From Patescibacteria group bacterium (GTDB taxonomy: Bacteria; Patescibacteriota; UBA1384; JBBRAU01), in the NCBI GenBank assembly GCA_038206475.1, contig JBBRAU010000001.1, positions 141,732-205,731 of the forward strand: a stretch of DNA of 64,000 nucleotides, given 5' to 3'. The notes beneath the pieces were generated by a model. That model was given only the letters and a program-made list of their open reading frames with translations, ran no database searches and was not told where the DNA came from. The position numbers were made by a program, and so were the translations under genes. Position 1 is the first letter of the stretch; each line of letters begins with the position of its first letter. Of this stretch, positions 10,360 to 20,017 are shown piece after piece.

Positions 10360-11178
10360 ATGAAAAGTCATCAAGGAGGGCGCGTGGGACCACATTCTAG
10401 TATTACGGGTTGGCTTAGAGTCGGTATAGGTGCAGTTGTCGCCCTTATTTTATTTGGCATTGGTTACGGTGCCAGCTACGCTAAACGAGTCAGCCAAACA
10501 GTGACTCCCCTAGCCATGGTTGTCTCACCCTCGGTTTCCCCGACAGCGAGTACGCCGATATCGACACCCTCGGTTTCTCCGACAGCGAGTGCGCCGATAT
10601 CGACTCCTTCGTCTTCAACTCAACGTGTGAGTAACCCTAAAATTGCTGCCGGTGCCAGCCAACCATCGGCTGATGTTTCAGCTTCACCGGTTGCATCAAG
10701 TAGCATCACAACATCTTCTCCAACCGCTTACCAAGACACCGATCTACATTTCTCATTTAGCTATCCCAGCACCTGGAAGGTAAATAAAGATGTCTTTCTG
10801 TTTCTAAGCTGTCTGTATCTAAATAGTCCCGAGAACTTGGCCACAGAGGATGATATGCTGCTAGGAAAATTTGACGCCATGCTTTGCGAAATAGCTAGTC
10901 CTAACCTCGTTGGTGCTGACGATCAGACTCTTCTGAACGATACTTACCGAGGCTTAATTAATGGTGGCACATCATCAGATAGGATCTCGGCAGTCACAAT
11001 TAACGGCTTGTCTGGGTATGCGGTGTCTGGCGTCGTGCCAAGCAACGGAATAAAAGCACTATCGGTGGAACTTGTGCGTAACTATCAATACATGCTGATC
11101 TTCCCGGGCAATGCCACAAACCAAAATGACTTGTCTTCGGCGCAACAGGGCATTTTAAACAGCTTTCGTGCTATCTAA
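10360..11178 (+). CDS. membrane-anchored secreted protein with tandem Ser/Pro/Thr linker repeats; paralog family A (see 35195..36025 and 45046..45756)
   Basis: N-terminal TM (VGIGAVVALILFGIGYG); near-exact tandem SPSVSPTASTPISTP / SVSPTASAPISTP; C-terminal domain with YPSTWK and QQGILNSFRAI, both shared with the 35195 paralog. GTG 10384 with AAGGAGG 4 nt upstream is a better start than ATG 10360. Confidence 0.6.
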   Translation: MKSHQGGRVGPHSSITGWLRVGIGAVVALILFGIGYGASYAKRVSQTVTPLAMVVSPSVSPTASTPISTPSVSPTASAPISTPSSSTQRVSNPKIAAGASQPSADVSASPVASSSITTSSPTAYQDTDLHFSFSYPSTWKVNKDVFLFLSCLYLNSPENLATEDDMLLGKFDAMLCEIASPNLVGADDQTLLNDTYRGLINGGTSSDRISAVTINGLSGYAVSGVVPSNGIKALSVELVRNYQYMLIFPGNATNQNDLSSAQQGILNSFRAI

Positions 11179-11249
11179 CTTCTCACCGTCTCTGCTGCGT
11201 GTAGGCTGCTCCCCAAGACTCCAAATGGTCTGCCGTGGTGTTACATATG

Positions 11250-11882
11250 CTATTGTTTGGGCGGGTAGTACGGCCGAGTGTAAACTTCAAAGGTAGGCCA
11301 AACCGAGAACATGGCGGTGCCGATAATAAAGCGTTGATCGACAAAACCAAAGGCGCGCGAGTCGTTGCTTTTTTCACGGTTGTCGCCAGATAAAAAGTAA
11401 CTGCTCTCTGGCACAGTGACTGGGGTGGTCGTCACAAAATCGTTATCGGTGATGGTGGTTTGAACGTCAGTTGGCAGGTACGATTCTTCCAGCGCCACAT
11501 TATTGACGTAGAGATTGCCATTTTTGACCTGAATAGCCTCGCCTGGCAAGCCAGTCACGCGCTTAATAAAGTTGCGCTTCGGGTCGCCCGGAAAGTGAAA
11601 GACCACAATATCGCCGCGCTGCAACGTGTCGGTGCGGGCGAGTTTGTTGAGTACAATACCCTCATGGTCTTGCAGAGTCGGGTCCATACTGTGGCCGTCA
11701 ACAATGATGATGGTCATCACAAACAGGTGCATCAGCACCAGCAGGCAGACGGCAATCACCAAGCTGCGCACTGAGCGAATAAGCACTCCACCACCAAGTA
11801 GCAGCTTCTGCAGTAGTTCCATAGCCTTAGTATAGAAGAAGTTCAGCGACTGCTCGAGCGCTTCAAAAAACCCACCGGTCAA
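11250..11882 (-). CDS. lepB: signal peptidase I
   Basis: SPase I boxes (VDGHSMDPTL, RGDIVVF, GDNREKSNDSR) behind an N-terminal TM. ATG at 11823 (MELLQK) is an alternative start. Confidence 0.9.
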   Translation of the reverse strand: MTGGFFEALEQSLNFFYTKAMELLQKLLLGGGVLIRSVRSLVIAVCLLVLMHLFVMTIIIVDGHSMDPTLQDHEGIVLNKLARTDTLQRGDIVVFHFPGDPKRNFIKRVTGLPGEAIQVKNGNLYVNNVALEESYLPTDVQTTITDNDFVTTTPVTVPESSYFLSGDNREKSNDSRAFGFVDQRFIIGTAMFSVWPTFEVYTRPYYPPKQ

Positions 11883-11924
11883 GCTTGGCTGGTGGGGATC
11901 CTGATATATCCGACAATACGTGGT

Positions 11925-12164
11925 TTAGGCGGCTTTTTGCTGTTTGGCCAGGCGGGCAATTAAGCGGCTGGCTTTATTTTTGTGGATGACGTTATTCTTG
12001 GCCGCTTTCATCAGCGCACCCTGAGCGGTGGCTAAGGTTTTTGGGTTGGCCTCAGTGCGAGCGGCTTTAACGGCGTGCTTAAAGGTCCGGCGGACCAGTT
12101 CATTCTCGGCGGCGCGGCGTTCGGCCACGCGCATCATTTTCTTGGCAGATTTAATAACAGGCAT
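11925..12164 (-). CDS. rpsT: 30S ribosomal protein S20
   Basis: 79-aa basic protein (MPVIKSAKKMMRVAERRAAEN...) with AAGGAAA upstream. Confidence 0.9.
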   Translation of the reverse strand: MPVIKSAKKMMRVAERRAAENELVRRTFKHAVKAARTEANPKTLATAQGALMKAAKNNVIHKNKASRLIARLAKQQKAA

Positions 12165-12329
12165 AAAAGTTTCCTTACTTGATTCCGCTTGAGGCTACCA
12201 CAAAACTGCGTGATTGACAACACTAGGCTAGTCAATTACGATGCTTTCTTGCATGCCCCAAATGACTTGCGCCGTTCAGAAGCCCTGTTTACGGGTGGTG
12301 AAGTGAATAAATTACCGAGGGAGACCGCC

Positions 12330-13490
12330 ATGAGTCCAACTGAAGCTGACAGCAAATCAATGGAAATTTCGCCAAAACAACAGGCGCTCGATTTGCTACG
12401 CAGTGCCAAGAAAGTTTGGATTATGAGCCACAAGTCGCCGGACGGCGACGCCGTCGGCAGCAGTTTGGCCCTCGCACGCGTACTGGAGAAGCTGGACAAG
12501 CAAGTAGAGGTCGCGGCCTGGGGTGGCGTACCGGAACAGATGCGGTTTTTGCAGAGCTGGCAACAGCTGCACGACAACTTACATGCCCGACACGAAACAC
12601 GCATTTCCTTGCCCTTGCAAAGCGGTGAGCACGCTCAGTTGCTCTATGCGCGCAACCAACTGTCGGGGGCGTTGGAGATTGTCGTTAAAACGGAGCGCGA
12701 GATGGCAGCCAATCAGGTGGCGGTCACGGTCGCCACGGAACTGCCGGACGTACTGGTTATTTTGGACTCCTCAACCTTAGAGCATCTTGGCCCGTTGGCC
12801 GAGCAAGTGCGACCGCTGCTCAGTCAAATTAAAACGATCGCCATTGACCATCACGCCAGTCATCAGCCATACGCCCAAGTGACCTGGCTTGAGACTGGGG
12901 CTACCTCAACCAGCGAAATCATGGTCGGCTTGATCGAGGCGATGGCCGGAAAAACGCCGCTGTTTGATGCCGAAATTGCGACTAGTCTGCTGCTTGGCCT
13001 CATGACCGATACCGGCTCATTCCAGAACGAAAATACCACCCCGAAGTCGCTCACTACGGCCGCTCAATTGGTGGCGCTTGGCGCTGACCGTGAGCTGATC
13101 GTGAAGTGTGTGTTCCGCACGAAGTCATTTGGCCGTTTGAAGCTATGGGGACGGGCGTTGGAGCACCTGCAGGTCCACCAGAGCGGCCGGTTCGCCTGGA
13201 CCAGTCTGGCGGCCCTTGATTTTCAGCAGACCAAAACCACCGAAGAAGACGCCTCAGGTTTGATTGACGAGCTCTTGAAAAGTTTGCCCAATGTTCGTTT
13301 CGCCTTGGTGCTATCCGAACGTCAACTTGGCCTGCAGGGGTCGATGCGTAGCGTTGACGATCAGACTGACGTGTCGAGGCTCGCCGAACGCTTGGGTGGT
13401 GGCGGCCATAAAAAAGCAGCTGGCTTTTTACTGCTCGGCGCCAGTTTGACCAGTAAACAGGACGAGATACTACAAACCCTGGCCGCCTAG
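12330..13490 (+). CDS. nrnA: DHH/DHHA1 phosphoesterase (NrnA-like oligoribonuclease / pAp phosphatase)
   Basis: DHH motifs (SPDGDAVGS, IAIDHHAS) and DHHA1 GGGHKKAAG. GAGGGAG sits 8 nt before ATG 12330. The ORF track start at 12189 is probably too far upstream. Confidence 0.8.
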   Translation: MSPTEADSKSMEISPKQQALDLLRSAKKVWIMSHKSPDGDAVGSSLALARVLEKLDKQVEVAAWGGVPEQMRFLQSWQQLHDNLHARHETRISLPLQSGEHAQLLYARNQLSGALEIVVKTEREMAANQVAVTVATELPDVLVILDSSTLEHLGPLAEQVRPLLSQIKTIAIDHHASHQPYAQVTWLETGATSTSEIMVGLIEAMAGKTPLFDAEIATSLLLGLMTDTGSFQNENTTPKSLTTAAQLVALGADRELIVKCVFRTKSFGRLKLWGRALEHLQVHQSGRFAWTSLAALDFQQTKTTEEDASGLIDELLKSLPNVRFALVLSERQLGLQGSMRSVDDQTDVSRLAERLGGGGHKKAAGFLLLGASLTSKQDEILQTLAA

Positions 13491-13706
13491 ATTGCTATTT
13501 TTGGCAAAATCGGGTAGTCTAAGCGTGTTCATGGGGGAGTTCACGAACCCGAGCTGTCACTGAGCGTTGTCCGGTGCACAGTTCATGAGTGACCCTGACT
13601 GCACTCTCATTAAGTCAGGCGATACCGGCTGGAGCAATCTGGCCAGTATGAAACGGTATCCGCTGAAAGCAGTGCTTTTGGTTGGAGCCAAAGAAAGGAA
13701 TGACCG

Positions 13707-14123
13707 ATGGCAGAAGAAGTAGCGACGAAAAAACCAGTTCGCAGCAAAAAGGCAGCCGCGGGAGCGCCCGCTGAGCCAACGGCGGCAGAAACCGTTGCTC
13801 CACTAGCAGAGCAGCCGGCCCCAGCCAAAATGACAGCCAAGGCCGCCAAGAGGGCCCGCGCCGCGCTGACGGTTGACGAAAAATTAATTAAAAAATACCG
13901 CTCGCACGAGAAAGACACTGGCTCGGCCGAGGTCCAAATTGCCCAGCTGACCCGCGATATCAACTCGTTGGCCAAGCATCTGTTGGAGCACAAAAAAGAT
14001 CATGATTCGCGCCGCGGTCTGCTGAAAATGGTGGCTCGTCGTCGCCGCTTGCTGACCAGCCTGCGCTCAGCCGACCGCCCACAGTACGAGCAGCTGATTG
14101 CCGACCTTGGGCTGCGGAAGTAA
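13707..14123 (+). CDS. rpsO: 30S ribosomal protein S15 with ~45-aa Ala/Pro/Lys-rich N-terminal extension
   Basis: C-terminal 89 aa are canonical S15 ([16 protein letters not shown]...[22 protein letters not shown]). AAAGGAA precedes ATG 13707. The internal Met at ~13830 has no SD. Confidence 0.85.
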   Translation: MAEEVATKKPVRSKKAAAGAPAEPTAAETVAPLAEQPAPAKMTAKAAKRARAALTVDEKLIKKYRSHEKDTGSAEVQIAQLTRDINSLAKHLLEHKKDHDSRRGLLKMVARRRRLLTSLRSADRPQYEQLIADLGLRK

Positions 14124-14125
14124 CC

Positions 14126-16282
14126 ATGGCGCTTGAATTCACTACCTATCAAGCTGAAGCGGCCATTGGCACCCGCACGCTCTCGTTTGAAACCGGCAAA
14201 TTGGCCGGTTTGGCTAACGGCTCCGTGACCGCCCGCTACGGCGACACGGTCATTCTGGTGACAACTGTCACAGCTAAAGAGCCGCGCGAAGGCGTTGATT
14301 TCTTTCCACTGACGGTTGATTACGAAGAGCGGCTGTACGCTGCTGGCAAAATCTCTGGATCGCGCTTCATTAAGCGTGAAAACCGACCATCAGAGGAGGC
14401 GATCTTAGCCGCTCGTCTGGTTGATCGGCCGCTGCGCCCACTCTTCCCAAAGTATTTTAGGAACGACGTCCAAATTATTATCACCGTCTTGTCGGCCGAC
14501 CTGGAGAATGATCCAGATATCATCGCGATTAACGCCGCCTCCATGTCACTGATGGCTGCTGGGGCGCCGTTTGACGGTCCAGTTGGCGCCGTCCGGGTTG
14601 GTTTGGACGTTGCCGGTCAATTTATCATTAATCCCACCCATGCTGAGCGCGCCACCGGCAAATTAGACCTCGTTGTCGCCGGCACCAAGGAGCGGGTGAT
14701 GATGCTTGAGGCTGGTGCCAGCGAGGTGCCTGAGGCCAAAGTGATGGAAGCAATCCGCTTCGGCCATGCTGAACTGCAGAAGGCGATTGTGCTGCAAGAA
14801 GAATTTGCCGCTATGCTACCGAAGACGGAGCGGGCCTTGCCGGAAATCGACCTGAACATTCATGAGCAGGTCAAAAGCTTTGTGGGTGACCGCTTGTCAG
14901 AGTTTTTGCGCACCGCTGACAAACTGGAACGCGAACGTCACATGGCTGATTTTGAGGCCGAAGTGTTGAAGAATTTCGAAGGTGACTTCAAGCAAATCGA
15001 TCTTAAATCAGCGCTTGAGAAATTGATTGAAAAAGAGGTGCGCCGGTTAATTTTGGTTGACGGCGTCCGGCCCGACGGTCGCAAAATTGACGAGATTCGG
15101 CCGCTGAACGTGCAATTGGCACTGCTGCCACGCACCCACGGCTCGGCACTGTTTACGCGCGGCCAAACCCAGGCCTTGACTATTGCTACACTCGGCTCGC
15201 CGGGTATGGAACAGACAGTTGAGACGATGGAGCAAGACGGTGCCAAGCGCTACATGCACCACTACAACTTTCCGCCGTACTCTACGGGTGAGACGAAACC
15301 GCTGCGGGGTGCCTCTCGCCGCGAGGTCGGCCACGGAGCACTGGCTGAGCGGGCACTCGTCCCGGTATTGCCGAAGCAGGAGCAGTTCCCGTACACTATC
15401 CGCCTTGTTTCAGAAATTCTTTCTTCAAACGGCTCTTCGTCAATGGCCGCCACCTGCGGCTCGACCTTGGCGTTGATGGATGCTGGCGTGCCAATCGCCC
15501 GGCCCGTGTCCGGTATCGCCATGGGTTTAGTGACCGAAGCTGGTCATGAGACCGAAAAATATACCATTCTGACTGACTTGCAGGGCCTTGAGGACTTTGC
15601 CGGTGACATGGACTTTAAGGTTGCCGGCACCACTGAAGGCATCACTGCCATTCAAATGGACACAAAAATTCACGGCTTGTCGCTCAAGATGGTTGAAGAG
15701 ACGCTTGAGCAAGCCGCCACCGGCCGCGCTGTCATTTTGCAGGCCATGACCAGTGTCATTGCCGAGCCGAGGGCCGACTTGTCGCCGTACGCGCCGCGTA
15801 TTACCTCAATTCAGATTCCGCCCGATAAAATCGGTACGGTTATTGGTCCGGGCGGCAAAATGATCCACAAGATTATTGAAGACGCCGGTGGCAAAGAGGT
15901 GATCACACTTGACATTGAAGAGGACGGCACAGTGCTTATCTCCTCAGTCGACCCGAAGGCGGCCAAAATTGCCGAAGAGATTATTTCCGGCTTAACCCGC
16001 GAGGTTAAGATTGGCGACATCTTTGACGGTGAGGTGGTGCAGATTATGCGCGACCGCATGTCTGGCAAAGAGATTGGCGCTATTGTCCAAATTTTGCCTA
16101 ACCAAGACGGTATGGTGCATATCTCTGAACTTGCCAACACTCGCGTTGATACAGTCTCATCGGTGGTCAAAGTCGGCGACAAAATACGTGTGCAGGTGGT
16201 TGATGTTGACCTGGACCGCGGCCGTATTTCGCTCTCCCGCCGCGCCTTGCTCGACCGTCCGACTGAAACTCAGCGCAGCTAA
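14126..16282 (+). CDS. pnp: polynucleotide phosphorylase
   Basis: 718 aa with two RNase PH domains, KH (IPPDKIGTVIGPGGKMI) and S1 domains. Conserved rpsO-pnp linkage. Confidence 0.95.
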   Translation: MALEFTTYQAEAAIGTRTLSFETGKLAGLANGSVTARYGDTVILVTTVTAKEPREGVDFFPLTVDYEERLYAAGKISGSRFIKRENRPSEEAILAARLVDRPLRPLFPKYFRNDVQIIITVLSADLENDPDIIAINAASMSLMAAGAPFDGPVGAVRVGLDVAGQFIINPTHAERATGKLDLVVAGTKERVMMLEAGASEVPEAKVMEAIRFGHAELQKAIVLQEEFAAMLPKTERALPEIDLNIHEQVKSFVGDRLSEFLRTADKLERERHMADFEAEVLKNFEGDFKQIDLKSALEKLIEKEVRRLILVDGVRPDGRKIDEIRPLNVQLALLPRTHGSALFTRGQTQALTIATLGSPGMEQTVETMEQDGAKRYMHHYNFPPYSTGETKPLRGASRREVGHGALAERALVPVLPKQEQFPYTIRLVSEILSSNGSSSMAATCGSTLALMDAGVPIARPVSGIAMGLVTEAGHETEKYTILTDLQGLEDFAGDMDFKVAGTTEGITAIQMDTKIHGLSLKMVEETLEQAATGRAVILQAMTSVIAEPRADLSPYAPRITSIQIPPDKIGTVIGPGGKMIHKIIEDAGGKEVITLDIEEDGTVLISSVDPKAAKIAEEIISGLTREVKIGDIFDGEVVQIMRDRMSGKEIGAIVQILPNQDGMVHISELANTRVDTVSSVVKVGDKIRVQVVDVDLDRGRISLSRRALLDRPTETQRS

Positions 16283-16404
16283 GCACTTGACAAAATTGCG
16301 AATTTAGTAAATAATTAAATCATCGTCGTTTTTTGCGGCAAGGATCTCTCATAGTTGTGTCACCCGATACGTCTAACGCAATCACCGTAGCCGACCGGAT
16401 GGTA

Positions 16405-16959
16405 GCCCTCCAAGCGGTAGCTGATGGTATTCGCCAGCCTGGCGGCTGCGGTAATGCCATCTGCCAAACGCGCACCCAAGCAGTGCCCGGCAGCGGCAAC
16501 CCGCAGCCTGAGATTGTTTTCATCGGTGAGGGCCCTGGCCAAAAGGAGGACCAAACCGGCGAGCCGTTTGTTGGTGCCGCCGGTACGTTTCTGGCCGAAA
16601 TGCTGGCCTCGATTGGCCTTGAACGCAGCGATGTCTTTATTACTAATATCGTCAAATGCCGACCGCCGGATAACCGCGACCCGATGCCCGAAGAGAAAAC
16701 CACTTGCACACCCTTTCTGGACGAACAACTGGCTATCCTTGAGCCGAGGCTGATTGTGTTGCTTGGCCGCCATGCCATGGAGTACTTTTTGCCTGGCTTG
16801 AAAATTAGCCAAGTGCACGGCCAGCCGAACAAGAAAGGCGGCCGGGTTTACCTGCCTCTCTATCATCCGGCAGCAGCGCTCTACAATGGCAGTCAACGCG
16901 AAGTGCTGCTGGCTGATTTCCAGACCATTCCAGCCATCTTAGCCGCCCTCCAGGATTGA
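16405..16959 (+). CDS. uracil-DNA glycosylase, family 4 (Fe-S type)
   Basis: GEGPGQKEDQTGEPFVGAAG and NIVKCRPPDNRDP family-4 motifs with a C-x4-C pair upstream. The ORF track starts at TTG 16333. ATG 16405 matches the family's N-terminal length better. Confidence 0.8.
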   Translation, partial: ALQAVADGIRQPGGCGNAICQTRTQAVPGSGNPQPEIVFIGEGPGQKEDQTGEPFVGAAGTFLAEMLASIGLERSDVFITNIVKCRPPDNRDPMPEEKTTCTPFLDEQLAILEPRLIVLLGRHAMEYFLPGLKISQVHGQPNKKGGRVYLPLYHPAAALYNGSQREVLLADFQTIPAILAALQD

Positions 16960-17134
16960 ACGCACCTTTTTGCCTGCGACGCTTGAGCGTTGGCAGCAAG
17001 GAGCGTTCACGGAGCGCAACCACCTTGAATTAATACCAGTAACGGCGACCTTGTCGCCACTATCATTGCGGGTTTTTGCCCGCAGCTACAACGCACTTGC
17101 CCGGAGGGGCATATTGCACAAGAAAGGAAACTGT

Positions 17135-19243
17135 ATGGTTGATCAATCAACCGCCCCAAGCAGCTCTCCAGCGGCCCCTGCGCCGACTGGGAGCCCGGAC
17201 GGAGGCCAACGCGGCCGCCGTCGCAATTACCGCAGTCGCAGTCGGTCTAACCCTGCGTCCGCAACAAGTGAGACGCCAATTGTGGCGGCTCACATCTCAA
17301 AAGACAGTCTTAAGGTAACAACTGCTGACGAGCAAGCCGGTAACCGCCGGCCAGCGCGCGGCAGTCGGACCTCGTCAGTTGGCAGCGAGAACGGCACAGG
17401 CCGTTCCAGCTACGCTGATCGCAGTGCCACCGCTCCGCACCGCGGTTTGCCCAATCGTCGCCGCCGAGTTGAAAAACAGAGCCTGTCTGACTACTCGCAA
17501 GGCTCATTTAATGCGGGCGAAGATCGTTTGAGTGTGGTTGGCAATAATGACCAACCGGCCGCCAAGCTTGGTCCAGCCGGCGAGACGCTAAGAATTATCC
17601 CACTTGGTGGTGTTGAAGAAATCGGCAAGAATATGACCGCCCTTGAGTGGGGCGACGACATCATCATTATTGACTGCGGCTTCATGTTCCCAGATCAGTC
17701 CATGCCAGGTGTTGATTATATTATTCCAGACGTAACCTATTTAGCGGAGCGCAAATCAAAAATCCGCGGCATGGTAATCACCCACGCCCATATGGATCAC
17801 ATTGGCGCCTTCCCGTACGTTTACGAGAAGCTGGGTACGCCACCGATTCATTCGGCGCCGATCACGCTCGCTTTCATTAAAAAGAAGCTTGAAGAGTTTG
17901 GTATTGATCAAAAAGCCCGCATGATTCCGTTCAACCCCGACCGCGATAAGTTACGGCTCGGCCGTTTTGAAATAGATGTCTTCCGCCTGACGCACTCGGC
18001 GCCAGACTCGGTGGGTGTGGCGGTTAAAACCCCGCATGGCCATATTGTCTACACGACTGACTGGAAATTTGATCACACGCCGGCGGACGGCAAACGGGCC
18101 GACTTTGCAACACTGGCCCGCCTCGGCGAAGAGGGTGTGCTAGCCCTGTTTTCCGACTCGACTAACATTGATAAGCCGGGCACCTCTATTTCAGAAGCAG
18201 AGGTTGGCCACGCCTTAAAAGAGGCGGTTGGTAACTGCCGCGGCCGTATCATTTTGGCTACCATGTCGTCGCTAATCACTCGTATCCAGCAGGTGTTGCA
18301 AGCCGCCGAGAAGCATGGCCGCAAGGTGGCCTTTGTCGGCCGCTCCATGGTCGATAACGTCGACATGGCTATTCAGCTCGGCAACATCATGCCGCCCAAA
18401 AACACCATCATCGACATTAACGACATCGGCCGCTATAGCGACGACCAGGTTTTGATTGTCACCACCGGCTCGCAGGGTGAGGAGTTGTCGGGCTTAACCC
18501 GCATCGCCCAAGGTGAACACCGCCAGGTCAAAATCAAGAGGGGCGATACTGTTATTCTGTCCGCCTCAGCCATCCCGGGCAACGAAAAAGCTATTCAGCA
18601 GATGATGGATGGCTTGGCCCGTGAAGGTGCCCGTGTCGTCAACAATAAAATGATGTCTATTCATACCTCGGGCCACGCTAACCGCGAAGACCTGAAGTTA
18701 ATGATTGCCCTGACTAAGCCGCAGTACTTTTTGCCGATTCACGGTGAGCGCTTTAAACTCATCATGCATGGTGAATTGGCTGTCGAAATGGGGGTTAAAC
18801 CGGAAAACATCTTGATTGGCGACAACGGCCAAGTAACCGAGTTCAAAAACGGCCAAGGCGCGGTTACGACGCAACGTGTTCCGGCAGGCTACGTCTTAGT
18901 CGACGGCCTCGGTATCGGCGACGTCGGCAACATTGTGCTGCGCGACCGCAAGATGATGGCCCAAGACGGCATCTTTGTCTCAATCATCACGGTGGACCAC
19001 CAGACCGGCAAGGTTCTGGCTAGCCCGGATATTATCTCCCGCGGCTTCGTTTACATGCGTGATAACGAAGACTTAATCGGCAAAACGAGAGACGAGATTA
19101 AGCGCATTCTGGAGGAGCAAACCAAGAAGACGCCGTTTGAGTGGAGTTGGGTTAAAAACGAGCTCAGAGACGGCCTGGAGCGCTTCCTGTTTGAACAGAC
19201 GCACCGCCGACCGATGGTTATCCCTGTTGTCATCGAAGTCTAG
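17135..19243 (+). CDS. rnj: ribonuclease J with ~190-aa Arg/Ser-rich low-complexity N-terminal extension
   Basis: MBL motif HAHMDHIG, beta-CASP and C-terminal domains after LRIIPLGGVEEIGKNM. AAAGGAAA sits 5 nt before ATG 17135 (ORF track 16970). Confidence 0.9.
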   Translation: MVDQSTAPSSSPAAPAPTGSPDGGQRGRRRNYRSRSRSNPASATSETPIVAAHISKDSLKVTTADEQAGNRRPARGSRTSSVGSENGTGRSSYADRSATAPHRGLPNRRRRVEKQSLSDYSQGSFNAGEDRLSVVGNNDQPAAKLGPAGETLRIIPLGGVEEIGKNMTALEWGDDIIIIDCGFMFPDQSMPGVDYIIPDVTYLAERKSKIRGMVITHAHMDHIGAFPYVYEKLGTPPIHSAPITLAFIKKKLEEFGIDQKARMIPFNPDRDKLRLGRFEIDVFRLTHSAPDSVGVAVKTPHGHIVYTTDWKFDHTPADGKRADFATLARLGEEGVLALFSDSTNIDKPGTSISEAEVGHALKEAVGNCRGRIILATMSSLITRIQQVLQAAEKHGRKVAFVGRSMVDNVDMAIQLGNIMPPKNTIIDINDIGRYSDDQVLIVTTGSQGEELSGLTRIAQGEHRQVKIKRGDTVILSASAIPGNEKAIQQMMDGLAREGARVVNNKMMSIHTSGHANREDLKLMIALTKPQYFLPIHGERFKLIMHGELAVEMGVKPENILIGDNGQVTEFKNGQGAVTTQRVPAGYVLVDGLGIGDVGNIVLRDRKMMAQDGIFVSIITVDHQTGKVLASPDIISRGFVYMRDNEDLIGKTRDEIKRILEEQTKKTPFEWSWVKNELRDGLERFLFEQTHRRPMVIPVVIEV

Positions 19244-19269
19244 ATACTTCAGCCCTGCATCATGACAAG

Positions 19270-19297
19270 AAAAAGCCCGCTGTACGGCGGGCTTTTG
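19270..19297 (+). terminator. rho-independent terminator after rnj
   Basis: aaaAGCCCGCtgtacgGCGGGCTtttgg. A 7-bp GC stem plus T-run sits 27 nt after the rnj stop. Confidence 0.7.
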
Positions 19298-19525
19298 GTG
19301 TGTGGATGGCTGTCCCTTATCGACCGAGGGAAGTGTTGATCTCGGTCGATGCAAAGAGCACATTTCTACCTCCGGTATAAGGTGGAACGAGAAGCACCTC
19401 ACTTTTACCAAAACATCCCTCATCTGTCTAATGACAACGGTTTATGGGCCGATGTCTTGTAGCCTCGTCAAATGAGCGTCAGTGTCGTATACTCCGAGCG
19501 TTGTCTGAATTAATGAAAGGATTGT

Positions 19526-20017
19526 ATGCGCACAGCAATGATCATTCTTGGCGTCTTGATTGTGGCGGCCCTGGCCGTCGGCCTGAAAGGGAGGAGCCAG
19601 ACGTCTTCCTCGGCTTCAACCTCACCGGTCGCCTCAGCCAGCGTCGAAACCAGCCCACTGGCAAGCAGCCTGGACGCCTCAGCTAGCCCAGTTGTCTCTG
19701 TGAGTCCAATTACTGATTCGAACACCAGCTCAGCGTCCAGCCAGGCGGATGCCGTTGTCACTATTTCCGAGACCGGCTTTACGCCCAAGGCGGTCACCAT
19801 CAAGCAGGGCCAGACGATTCAATTCAAAAACAATGGCTCCGGCCCCCACTACGTCGCCTCTGATCCGCATCCAACGCACACGGACTACACGGGGCTTCAG
19901 TCAAAGGATTTGCTGCCGAACCAGTCTTGGAGCTTCGCTTTTGCTAAGATAGGGACATGGGGCATCCACGACCACGAAAACCCGAGCATGAAAATGACGG
20001 TCACCGTCAAATCGTAG
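19526..20017 (+). CDS. membrane-anchored cupredoxin-like protein (no Cys; function unknown)
   Basis: N-terminal TM, Ser-rich linker, then a ~90-aa domain (TISETGFTPKAVTIKQGQTIQFKNNGSGPH...GTWGIHDHENPSMKMTVTV) patterned like a cupredoxin/plastocyanin beta-sandwich. His-rich but has no Cys ligand. Confidence 0.5.
   Translation: MRTAMIILGVLIVAALAVGLKGRSQTSSSASTSPVASASVETSPLASSLDASASPVVSVSPITDSNTSSASSQADAVVTISETGFTPKAVTIKQGQTIQFKNNGSGPHYVASDPHPTHTDYTGLQSKDLLPNQSWSFAFAKIGTWGIHDHENPSMKMTVTVKS

Noticed and set aside
12189-12329. Long N-terminal extension of NrnA (track start 12189)
   Set aside because: The extension is non-homologous and has no RBS, whereas ATG 12330 has GAGGGAG upstream and gives a typical DHH N-terminus.
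16970-17134. 55-aa N-terminal extension of RNase J from the track start at 16970
   Set aside because: There is no RBS there, while ATG 17135 has a strong AAAGGAAA. The upstream part overlaps the UDG gene's downstream region.
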